In this document: piece after piece, positions 23,201-34,763 of the stretch | Layout: every line of letters begins with the position of its first letter | How positions within the stretch are numbered: the stretch's first letter is position 1 | Assembly: GCA_964187785.1 (NCBI GenBank) | Contig: OZ076417.1 | Coordinates: 48,174,001 to 48,238,000 of the forward strand | DNA: 64,000 bases | Reading direction: 5' to 3' | DNA from: Amphiscolops sp. MND2022 | Lineage: Eukaryota | Program-made: the position numbers and the translations under genes | The notes under the pieces: model-generated | Seen by the model: only the letters and a program-made list of their open reading frames with translations | Told to the model about the DNA's origin: nothing | Database searches by the model: none

Positions 23201-26200
23201 GTGTATTGTACATCAAAGTCATAGGCCATCAGGGTTATTGCCCATCGCGCAAGTCTCGCTGATACAATTTTCGGTATCTGGTTGCTCGGATTGAAAATAT
23301 AGTGTAGTGGCTTGTGATCTGTTCTCAAAGTGAACTTCCTCCCCGATAGAAATTGTTGAAGTCGTGTCACTGCGATTACTACAGCAAGCGCTTCCTGTTC
23401 AATGTTGCTGCATTTCTGTTCTGCCGATGTCAAGTTTCGAGATATGTAGATTACCGGGTGATCATTCTGCGTTAATACAGCACCATTGATTTTCTCCGGA
23501 TGTGAGAGTCACTTCTTTATCCAATGAGCACGGTTGTACCAATGGTTCACTTGTAAACTTATCTACCAGTGACTGGAAATCCTTTTGATATTCACTTGAA
23601 AGATTTATCTTTTTCCCGGAGTTCATTGATACACCGCGTCTTGGCCGCATAGTTTGGAATCATCCGCCCAAAGTAGTTGATAAGTCCGATAAATGCTTCA
23701 ACTTCTTTGACATCCTTGGTGGCTGCAGTTGAAGAAGTTTTTGAACGGGCTTCTGTTCCGGCTTTACTCCTTCCGATGAAATTTCATTGCCCAAAAAGGA
23801 TAACGTTGTCGAGAATGATACGCACTTGTCTCCATTCACGGTGAAGTTCTTTGCTGCCAGCCGTTCTTTGACCGCATTGTATTTTCTCCGGATTTCGGCC
23901 TCGGTTACACCGAACAACAAGATATTGTCTTGATATGCGACGCAACCATCCAGTCCTCTGAGCATTTCTTCGATAGCTTGCTGGAAAATCGCCGCTGCAT
24001 TTTTCAATCCTTGTTGTAACCGAGTGACTCGAAATAGGCCTCGGGTTGTTTTCACTGTACACACATTTTGCGATTTTTCATCAAGTTGAATTTGCCAATA
24101 TGCATTAGATAGATCAATTTTTGCAAAGAATTTAGCGCGTGACATTTTTGAGAAAATGGTGCCAATACAAGGGACGGGGTAGGCTTCGGTACTAATTTTA
24201 TCATTTACATGTACTTTATAGTCAGCACACATTCGTAGTTTATCACCTATTATCTACACCACAGTCTTCAACAGGTTTAAGAGTTTCCCAACAACAGTAT
24301 TTCATCAATGGTTTTTTTGACTTTCCGTTCAAGTGGCAACGGTAACTTCCGTGCCGCGCAAAACATTGGTTTAGCTTCGGGTTTCAATTTAATGGAAGTT
24401 TTAGCACCTTTCACTGTTGGTAACATTTCGGATACTTCTGCTTTGGATCACCGTTCAATGGACTCTTTGCAATTATTCAAAATATCTCTTCCCAATAAAC
24501 CAAAGTTTCTATCAGCATCAACAACAGCACTTGTTTACATTAACTTGGTTGTTATTATAAAGCACCGTCGAAAAGAAGACACCGAGAAATTTCATTTTAT
24601 GCTTGTCATGTGTTTCAATTCCGTTCTTCTTTTCTTCAAGTTCCGGTTGCCCAATTTGCTTTCGCAGCTTCTTTGAAATAAGCATCAGTGATGCTCCCGT
24701 GTCTTTCATCATTTGTATTTCTTTACCATTCACTATATTTTCTCCATTGTACCATTCTTGATATAGTTGGTGTGCCCAATAAAATACGAATAGTCGGAAG
24801 TACTGCCATTGTTTTCTTCGGGATTGGCTTTTTCACCAACAAAGCGATGCGTTTGTTTCTTCATCGACACTTTTTTGCAAAATGGTTCGGCTTCTTGCAG
24901 TTGTTGCATGTTTTGCCGAAGGCCGGAAAATTCCTTGGTTTATGCTTCGTTCCGCATTTTGGGCATTCTCGAGCTTTGTTGTGGAAGCCGGTTGAAATTT
25001 TGCCATTTCTGGTTGTCTTCTTTCGTAATTGACAGTTCCGCGCAAAGGAAACTGTTTTCTTCGGTTCGTTCTATTTGTTCACAAACTGTACGGTTTGTTC
25101 ACGCTGCTGAATAACCAACAAAATGTAGTTTATTGTAGCGTCTGGGTTTTGTTGAAGATGTTCCAACACTTTTACTTTGTGTTCCGAATTTTGTAATCTA
25201 GCAATAAAGCGTAACCGTATCACGTAAGCTTCGGGATCAGCGATAGTTTTCAAATTACCGAACTCACAAAATCGTGCTGCTTCCTTCAGACGTGCCAGAA
25301 AATCTCCTGATGATTCTCCATTCCTCTGTGTTAAAGCGACGAATTTTGTTTGTTCGGCAAAAACAAGTCTTTTTCTCGGCTGCAGGTAATTTTCCAGTGC
25401 CGTTTCAGTTTCATTGAAAGCCATTGTTTCCACTTTTGTTGCTGAACAAGCGATTTGACTTTCATAAGACTTTCCACACCGCAACGGGAAAGAATATGAT
25501 CCGTTACTTGTAAATCGGTCGTTGATTCAGCTGCCGATACATCTGGTTTCTTTTCCGCCCGACATCGTACTTTGAATGCATCTATCCAGCCTAGAGCAGC
25601 TTCGGGTTCGTGCAGATTAAGTTACTTTTTTGTCTCCGTGGCTTGCATTTTGATAAGTCCACCGAACGAATTGATTATATTCTTCTCCCTTTCGGTTGAA
25701 ATGAAACCGCTAGGAAATCTTCTGTTCCTTTTGCAATCAATTTTCAAATATAAAGGAATTTCGGTGATCTGGACACCATTTGTCGTAAAGTGGTTTGAAA
25801 AGATTTTGTTCTTTAATCAGTGCAATTCAGGTTTTCGTTTTGTTTCATTATAGTCCGTACAATACAGTAAAATAACATTCAAAATAATAATTGACACCAG
25901 TTAAAATACAAGTCTATTATGTAAGAGTTTACTTGAGTTCTTTCACCGGTCATCGGTAACGCATATTGAAAGTTTCTATAAGCGTTATTTAAGCTGTGTT
26001 ATATAAGCGAACCTCGGAACCAATGAAATTGAAGTAGCTTCTTCGGTAACGATCGGTAGATGTTTACCGAATAACAGCAAGTGACGATGGCGTCACCACA
26101 AAAAGAAACTTAGACCTGAGTCAAGACGACACAGAAGCCATGGTTGATGCCAAAGAAGACGTTACAGGCACACCTAGAACAGTGCAATGACAACGGTTTC

Positions 26201-29120
26201 GACGGTCATGTGCAAATGTCTAGAACCGCTACTAGCGGCAAAGGAGACAAAAAACAAGCCGACAAAGTATAGAGGTACCCGAAACGGAAATGCCGATGGT
26301 TTGATGATGTTGATGAAGCAGCACCTAGAGAAGGCACATGCCAAAGCAACTGCTCTCGATAAAGTCTGGACGATAATCGAGCTTTTAAATATTGAAGCGA
26401 GAGATTACATCCCCAACAAGTCAGAGGCTGAAAGGGACATCAATGAGAAAGTGTTCACATTACTCGCACGAAGGGTTCGGCAGGGGATGAAGTAAAACCC
26501 ACATTCAAATGCAGTTCCGTACACGCAACCAGAATGGTGACGAGGATTACATGCAATACCTCGATGCCCTCGAGGGTTTACGCAGCCAGGCTTTCTCGAA
26601 CGAGGAGGTAGCGGGGAGACGTTACGAAATCATGCAGAAGTTCCTTGAAGGAGTGAGTAAAACAATGAGCTGAAACGGAACCTCGGGCTAATGTATGCAC
26701 TGGAGCATTACCTTGAAGCACCGCCAACAGTAGAAGTGCTTCGCTTGATGGTTCAGCAAAAGTTACGCATGCTTGGCTCTTCCCGTTCTGAAAATTGCCC
26801 TATACCGTTTCAGCAACAACAGCCAGCACCCACCTACCAACAAAATCAGGTACCAGTCACGCCCCCGCCAGCGCCTAATATTCCGCAACCGCCTCAACAG
26901 CCTGTGACTTACAGACCGCAACCACAGAAATCATTTTTCAATCGCGGAGACCCCTCACACTTGGTCATAAATTGCAGCAAGACCGCTTGAAAGTTCGTGC
27001 AACAGCAAGAGAATTCTTGCAACTCTAACCCTAGTACAGGATGAACATGTCTTTCAATACCACATGGTATCAATCATGATAAATTCCCAGCGACATTGCC
27101 GGTGCAAGGAACGTGTAGCTTTTTGTATCAACTGTTGTCGGGCATTCTGTATCTGAATGCATGGCGTCTGAGAACGTGCAGCATGAGGATCAGGTAAAAG
27201 CGGCGCAGTACGCCCCGCCCCCCGCTCGTTTTGACGGTGTAGATTCGGACGAACAAGTAAGGGTAAGTTCTGTACCTGTTGCCGGAGGACCATCGCGTCA
27301 GGAATAAGGCAGAACAGACTAGATACAACCGTCTTCCCTACAGCCACGCCACCAGTAGATGCACAAGCAAACACAGTCTTCCCCACACTTACACAAACGG
27401 CCACAACGACACGAAACGTCGTGGGCAAAATTTCGTGCCAAAAATCCACTACTGGCAGAACCACTGGCTCAAGTCGCAGAGCGACACAACATACCGTTCC
27501 CCATCTTCTTGTATAGCATCCTTTCCTTCTGGCTTCCGAATTTAGCACACGTAGAAGGAAATTGCGATGACGAACACACACAATTTTACCAAAAAGCTAT
27601 GGGAGAAGCCACAATGAGTGAAATCTTGGCATATTTGATGTCAGTAGGCCTCAGTGCCGTATACCAAGGCCCTATATTCAGCAGATCAATTCAAGAGACT
27701 GATATTAAACAACACCAATACATGCGTATTCAGCTTTCTAGTATTTGGAAGGAATCAAAGAAATTGACTGCATGCACTGATTAACACTGTGGACCTAGCG
27801 GGATCCTTCAATTGAAAACACAGTTGGACAACAACATAAAAGCTTTACTCGTATAGATTCATTCCACATGGGTCAACGTTTCAGCATAATTAATGCATGC
27901 ATTGGATGATCCCGCAGTAGTCCGAAGAGAACTAACTGAATTCCCAGGCTTCTTATTCCCCTCCCAAATTGCTAGTTTCATGCTTGTAGAAACAGAAGAC
28001 TTGCTTTCACTCATTGCTCCGATAGTTTGGCCCATATTTGGTGCCGTGGTGGCCCTTAGATACCCCACGCCACCTTTGAAGGTCGCTGCCAACGCCCCCT
28101 CATACTCAATCGTGCAATTTGCAAGTTCCGACAATTCGAGACGAGCACCTACCTACCAGGCCATAGTCCCCATCTTCGCGCTAACTTGCGACATCCAATG
28201 GCCTATACGATCATCAAGGATCGGAAGCAGGTGGAACATAATTACTCAACGCTGAAACGTGCACGTGCGCGGTGCGCTCTATTCCTGTCCCTGGAAGTCC
28301 ATCCAATTTGGTGGTTACTCATACCTCTCAACCCAGAAACAGTTGCGGTGAATCATTTCCCTGGCTGGGATGTAGCGGTGGTCCTGCGGATCCTAACAAC
28401 ACTGATACAGCACTAGGCTGCAGAGTACGCGGGGAAGCGCCCAGTGGGCTACATTATCTTTATACGTGTGACACCTCAAGGATGTACTGCGCAAGGGCGG
28501 GACCCGGTGTCAACACTGCCACCATCTTGAGTAAAACCACCTATTGGACAAAGCCAGAACTGGTAAACCAAGCTATCCAGCAGCAGCATCAAAAGTTGAA
28601 AACCGCTATGCCTTTGGTAGCACGAGACCAACTGTCAGGACCTTGCCAGTGAGCAAAGATATTCCAAGTAACCCAAAGATCGGCCTTGAGATCTTTGTTG
28701 ATTTGTTGGGTCAACAGCGAGAGCGCGGAAATCCAGTCGGCGAGGGCTATGCCATGGCAAACAAGACATACAAAGATTGGTTTGTGTAATATGGATACTA
28801 GCAACTTGCTAACAACTTGCCCGAAGTGTCGCTTGAGAGTCTGACCAAAGAGACCAATGAATCAGGGAGAGCTGCCACAGGCAGTTCTGTCTCATCAGTC
28901 GTGAACTCAAGCCATGCGTACCCGATCCATGTTCAGCTTGCTGCCAATCTGGAAATGACTGATGAGGTTTCCCTAGATGAATTGACTGACCCCTTTGCAT
29001 CATCAAGTAATGCTACACCCTTGGGCGATGAATGTGCCGGCGAGATATCCCAAATGGAAACGGCAGCCAAAGACTCAAAGCTGAATGATCTCTCAAGCAC
29101 GGGACAACCGAGCTGATCCC
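20260..29120 (+). mobile_element. Decayed Gypsy-like element: gag split by a nested insertion, followed by a long degraded unknown ORF; no pol recognisable
   Basis: Gag N-terminal fragments at 20767-21787 resume at 26101 (KPTKYRGTRNGNADG..., QFRTRNQNGDEDYMQYLDALEGLR, knuckle remnant FNRGDPSHLVINC). Boundaries are approximate. Confidence 0.7.
21788..26100 (-). mobile_element. Decayed Ty3/Gypsy (Mag/K02A2.6-like) element nested in the gag above
   Basis: 5' LTR about 25920-26100, shortened 3' LTR 21788-21880, PPT AAAAGAGGGGA at 21881-21891, candidate PBS TGGTGTCA. Fragments: gag 25071-25484, CCHC knuckles about 24850-24960, protease DTG 24518-24733, RT 23660-24232, RNase H/IN zinc finger 22834-23433, IN core 22182-22829. 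Many frameshifts. Confidence 0.92.
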
Positions 29121-29296
29121 CTCCGGAAGTGGAAAGTCAAGATTTGAATCCTGAGCCATAGGCGACGATGGATACCTCACATGACCCAAAGGACACTCGG
29201 TCTGTGGAATGAACTAAGCTAATAGCTATCGCCTAAACTAAGCCACCGAAGAAACTTGAAACCAGTGCCTTATTGAGTCAATTTCAGTTGTGGTGC

Positions 29297-29810
29297 TAGG
29301 GAAAGGGCACGGTAATAAGTTCGTACGCATAAGTTCGAGTTTTAATTTCGAATGGACTAAGTTCGAATTTTCCAAAAACCGGTAGAAGTTCGAATCACTG
29401 TGTTCGAATTTTGAACAAACCGCCGTAAGTGTAAAACGTACCTCTGATATTTCCCCAATTCATCTAGTGCCCCGCGGCCCCTTGGTGCCGCTTATGTCCC
29501 CATCTTGCTAAGCGAGGTCGAACAGGAGCATAGACCTAGCGGGAACAGAGGACGCGAAGCGATCGTAGTGGGAGCTGGTCTTTGTGACGGTGAGGGCGAG
29601 CGTGCATACACCGGATTTGCCCCACAATAGAAACGAAAAGTATTTAAAATTTTTCTGAGACATTTACGAAAGGTAATTTTTTATTCTTGACACACCGGAT
29701 ATGCCGGATATGAAACTTCGAACTTGGTGTCTCGACACTATTCCTATTCGAACTTATTCCACTAGTTCACATACGAACTTAGTAAATCGAACTTATTGCC
29801 CGAAGCCCTA
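29297..29810. mobile_element. MITE with imperfect terminal inverted repeats
   Basis: Left AGGGCACGGTAATAAGTTCG versus right CGAACTTATTGCCCGAAGCCCTA. AAGTTCG repeats cluster at the left end and CGAACTT repeats at the right. No TSD found. Confidence 0.75.
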
Positions 29811-30719
29811 TGGAACAATGTAAATTCGTACTTGGTGCTATTTTTGTTATAGCTATAGAACACTTTGTTGCTCGATTTTTCATTAAACTGGATACTACCT
29901 AGTAGGTGGGTCCCAACTTGGTGCCTCCCTACTTAAAACTCGGAAATCAAAGAGTATTGCCACGCTATTGTAGTTTTTTTGTTATTGCCGCGCGGGGCAC
30001 CACTGCACAAAAGACATTTTAACCTAAACTGATATGAATGAGTGTTAAAAATTTTTATTCAAACTGATTTTACTTCAAAAAGAAAGTGAAAGTTCAAAAT
30101 ATGCTCGACAGAATCATCAAAACAAGAGATATTTGAAATATTGTATTATTACACTTTTGTCTTTTGCAAGAATCTAAGGAAGCTACAACCTGTAATGACG
30201 TTGCTAAAAAAGCCACTGGTTATACATATAATGAATCCTCTCTCGTTTGCCGGGGACGACAAACTAAGGCTCGGGGAGGGTGTAACGTCAACCAGTTGGC
30301 ACCAAAATTTCGAAGAAAGATCAAAACATGCGCGTCTCAAAATGGCCGGTCCCTGAAGTTGGAAGAGAGGCGTAAGAAGACCGAAAACTAAGAGACTCTT
30401 TCTGAAAACACCGAAAAATCTGTATAGTCAGACACCCGAAGACATCCAGAAGCTAAAACAAGCATAGCCCAGTGTTGTGCCATCTGATCCAGGAATAACA
30501 AGAGCCTGGCAGAAAGATGAAGGTTATGCAATACCTCTACGAATGTTATTCGAGACTCGGAACGCGTCGAAAACAGTCCCGGTTACCTTTTCAGTGCTAT
30601 TCTGTAGTGTTTTTATAGATTATCAGATGACTGATAATGTCGGACCTTGCAGGTCGCAACTTCAAATCTCATACACAGAATATAATGTACTTTGGCTAAA
30701 CACCTGTTTTTGGACCTCG

Positions 30720-31340
30720 GAGGTTTGTAGGAGGCTGTAGGAACGTTAGAAAACTTAAGGAATCTTTTTACGTGCTTGTGGGACGTATCCGGACTTTGAG
30801 AGTGCCGGCACGTCGCCTCGGAGCTCTAATTTGAGGAGTCTCCTTTGACGTTTAGAAAGTCTCCTTAGGAGACCATTTTGCGACAAAAACTGATGCCTAG
30901 GGCTGTAGTAAGACAACGGTCTCCTGTTTAAGCACCCTAAGAATTCTCCCATTCATTTGATGTACGCTGCTAGGTGGACGTTACAAGTAGTGCAAGTTGT
31001 GCATAACACTTTTGCCTGGTCAGGATTATAATCAATCTTGAAACATGTCACCGAGGTAAGACCGGCTCAAGTTTTACTTGTATCGGGTTATAATGAAAAA
31101 CATTTTAGGTTATGGTGGGGCCCGAACCCGCATCCTTGGGACCGCAGTCAGATGGCTGAAAACTTCGCAAAAGGGAGCTGAAAGAGTTAGCTTCTTTCAC
31201 ACTTTTTAATATTGGGAAAAACTGAAATCCTATTGAAGTCAAAGTTTTAGCCTCGAAATCTCGCATGAGACAAAATTATCAAGAACATTTTTATCAGAAA
31301 AAACATCAGTGATAGTTGGTTGTAATTTTCTGCCCACATA
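30720..31340 (+). repeat. Dispersed repeat family B, copy 2
   Basis: Colinear similarity to 16960-17588. Confidence 0.9.
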
Positions 31341-31427
31341 TAAAGGGGGAGAAAAATCATATTCTGTGTTGCTTTTTCAAACAGATCTAACAAATCTCCA
31401 TTTTTTTACACCACCAAATGAATTCTA

Positions 31428-31515
31428 CTCATCATGGTGCTGTTGGTAGTGCGCCTGCTTGGCAGACACGAGGTCGTGGGTTCGAACCCATGCTGATGCG
31501 TTAGATTTTTAGCGG
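31428..31515 (+). mobile_element. tRNA-derived SINE head or tRNA pseudogene (tRNA-Ala-like)
   Basis: GGTAGTGCGCCTGCTTGGCAGACACGAGGTCGTGGGTTCGAACCC aligns by eye with the eukaryotic tRNA-Ala D-arm to T-arm region. B box GGTTCGAACCC is present; no proper acceptor stem. Confidence 0.65.
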
Positions 31516-32399
31516 GCGTCTTGTTAGATTTTCCATTGTTTTTGTAACTTTCATTCAAATTGCCTCGACGTTAGTTACGTTTTACGCTATGCTTGGCAAA
31601 TAAATTATTCAATCGATGACATTAGCGACTTGGAATCGAAGGCAATTTCTTTTCAAAAAGTTTTCACTAGGGATCGTAGCATTATTAGGACTTATGTCAT
31701 GGTACTTTGCAGAAGAATACAAAAATGAGTGATATTAGAGATGCTGGAAGACAAAATACAAAAACTCGGATTCAACTACCTGTACAAAAACTCAAACATT
31801 TGTCGACCAGTAGTTGTGGGTGAGACTACTGAACAGACCGAAGCGAAGGAAAGAGCGTTCATGGACGGAATGTATGTAAGGACACTCTTATTGATGCCCG
31901 GGGGAGTGTCGCTGGCTGCCAACTGCGATGGCAATTGGAATTCCATTTCCTGTAACTATCACCGAGCCCGGAAAGATTCCATTGAACTAAAAGGCACATA
32001 GGCCTTTACAAACTCAATTCATTCAGTTATGTATTTTCCAATGAAAATATTAAAATTCACAGAAATTGTACGTTTTGTTTCTTTTATATACTAAAAATGT
32101 GCCAAAGAGGACACCAAGGCGTACATGGAAAGGAAACCTTTTCAAATGTTTCCTTGCCTGTCGCCGCGGACAGCCACTCACATTCTTTCAATAACCAAAT
32201 CAAACTAGAGTATTCAATAATGTAGTGTTCAGTTGTTTGTACAATAATTAAAGGCCTCTCTGACTGAGACGGATAATAAATACAGTTAGCCAGTTAATGC
32301 CTATTTTGAACAAGGGTGGTTTATTTTGAATTTTAGCGGTTTCTGATCTAATTATAGCTGAATGATGCTCTAAATTTGGGATGTCACCCTAGCCTGTAA

Positions 32400-33114
32400 A
32401 TACCCAGGACACGATGTCCCAGGGACATAAGTTTTACAAGTTGCGATAGTATCAGTTGCTATTTTATAACTTACTGAACAAACATTGTTTTTTCAGAACG
32501 AAAGTTTTTATTAATACTTGCTAGAACAATTCAAATACTTCCTCTAGCACAAACAATGATGCCTTCAACAAGGAGACAAAACGCAAAAGCTTGAAAATCT
32601 AGAAAAGTGGACATGATGCCCGATTTTGACAACACGGACACGATGATTGGGAATGATGACATTAACCCAATTGAAAGAGAGCTAGCAAAAACAATTAAAG
32701 GATCTTCAAATCATTATTATACTCAATTCTCACCCTTGAGGAAATACTTTTCAGGAAAATGAATTTAGTGATTTCGGTCATGAGAACACTATTCGTAGAC
32801 AGAATAGATACCTGGAAGCCATGGAAACATTCACAAACTTGAGGTTGTCTCAAGAAAGAGACTCTATGATGTCCATGATTCACTCACAGGTTAATAAGGC
32901 CATTTGTTCTGTGAAAGCTGCGATAGCTGTAGGTGTAATCTCAGAGATTTGGTGAGTTCACTATCTTCAGGAAATAGGGACACTGAGTCGGGTTCGTCAT
33001 AAAACAACCAGGAAAACATTGACAGAACAACTGGGTTTTAATCTTAAACTGCAAAAAAGGACTGTAGGTCTGCGTACGATTTAGGAGACACGGATGACCT
33101 TAGTCCTCACAACA
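32400..33114 (+). mobile_element. Relic LTR/gag N-terminus of a related Gypsy family
   Basis: ATG at 32559 reads MPSTRRQNAKA*KSRKVDMMPDFDN..., resembling the reading frames at 45734 and 46890. Ends in CA near 33111-33114. Confidence 0.55.
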
Positions 33115-33396
33115 AGACACCCGTTAAGCAGCGGGATATTTTCCGCTTCCAAGGCCCTCACCAGCTGAGCCATAGGTATGGCTCCAACTGAGCCAAAGCT
33201 TTTTAAGAACTTGACCATTTTAATTACTAGTATTATAGTAAATACTACTAATATAGCTACTAGTAAATTAGTCAAGTAACTAAAATAGTTAAGTAACTAA
33301 GTGAAGTACACTGAGATTGTGCAGATTTTGCAGAATTTGGAAAAAAACGCAACACAGATTATGATTTTCCTCCCCCTTTATATGTGGTCGGAAAAG

Positions 33397-33778
33397 AAAC
33401 AAGCCGGGAACAGCCCAAGTCGGCGCCATATCTAAGGCTCAAAAAGACTCGAAAACCACTTTTTCTACAACTGGAGACAACAAAAGCTCTCAAAAATCTT
33501 AAAATTGAGAAAAAAAAAATCCGAATTTTTTTTGAATTTTTTTTGAAGTTTCCGGTAAGTCGCATAGTGCCGAAAAATGTAAAAGGGGGACGCTTTTTAT
33601 CTCATGTTAGACGCTTTGGATGCGTTGAAAATGAAGTACTAAGTACATATGGTAAAAATTGGTAAATGTGCATTAATTGCCTCAATGCACAAAAAGTGGA
33701 CGTTCGCGTTGAACTGACGAAAAAAAAACTAGCCACTGTAAGAGTCGGGATTTTCTTCGAAAACGCCGACTAAAAAAG
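33397..33778 (+). repeat. Dispersed repeat family A, copy 2
   Basis: AAACAAG...AAGTCGGCGCCATATCTAAGGCTCAAAA and 3' hairpin AGTCGGGATTTTCTTCGAAAACGCCGACT. Confidence 0.85.
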
Positions 33779-33839
33779 ACCTGGTTGTCTGGGCACTGAA
33801 AATCAGCACGGTTAAGCTATTTAACAGTTATTATCTAAC

Positions 33840-34763
33840 CTTGTAGACAAACGATACGCCCCAACACAAAGCCCAGAGTAACGTATTCAGGACAAACGCT
33901 AGAGTTATGCTTTTGTTAGTGTTTGCATTTCGTTCCGACTTGAGTAGCTTGAGAGACACTTTCACGTAAAAAAACGCAGAAGTGAAAAACATAGGGACAA
34001 AAATAAATCCGATATAACCGAAAAATAAGACATAATCAACTTCTTCTTCCATGACGTCTAAAACATCAAAATCAAAAGACACGTGGTCACCCAGAATCTC
34101 GCCCGCGAAACAACTTGGGCGAAAAATAGTCAGATAAAGGGCCTCTCCTGTTATTAAAATTACAATTAGAAGAATGAGAAAGGTGAAAAACTTCACGTAA
34201 AACCTCCCTTGAGTCCATTCTCGTAGCTTGAAAGGATAACACACGCTCATAAAGCGGATAAACGCCACAGCTGTTACTGTTAAACCTGTAGATCCTCTGA
34301 CAATAGCGTCACAGATCACAAAAACGTAGCAAAGCTTTTGTTTGGCATCAACGGAGACGTTCGCGATAAACTCAGGCTTCCCAAAGACGAGAAAGTAGAC
34401 TCGGTAAAGGTTCGAGTGGTTAATTAGAATCCACACCAAAACAATATTAGCCAGGAGAGGAATTATGCCAGTTGAGAAGAAATCCAATATTGATTGGACC
34501 AAAATTGGAAACATCTGTGCAGTTCTCAGAGTTTTGGACAGAATCAGAATTAGAGCTATGGCCGCGTTTAGCATCATACCCACTGAGTTGCCGGCTATTG
34601 CCCAATAAATTTGATAAACAGAGTCATGGGTAGCTAAGTCCGATGCTAGAGTTTTGCGTTCAAGTATTTGGAAGAAGTAGTGCATGTTCATGCTCGAGGT
34701 CGTTTCGAACCAGTTGTAATTTCCACCCCGCCTTGTTGTATATTCATACCTTGACCACGTCAT
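33840..34763 (-). CDS. Class A (rhodopsin-like) GPCR, TM1-TM6; first coding exon of the GPCR-lectin gene
   Basis: TM1 Asn (MLN), TM2 Asp (ILD), TM3 Cys and IRF..VCYP (DRY position), ECL2 Cys, TM5 VP...FY, TM6 LCW. The ORF lacks TM7 and ends at AAG/GTTAGA, a phase-0 donor. Confidence 0.88.
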
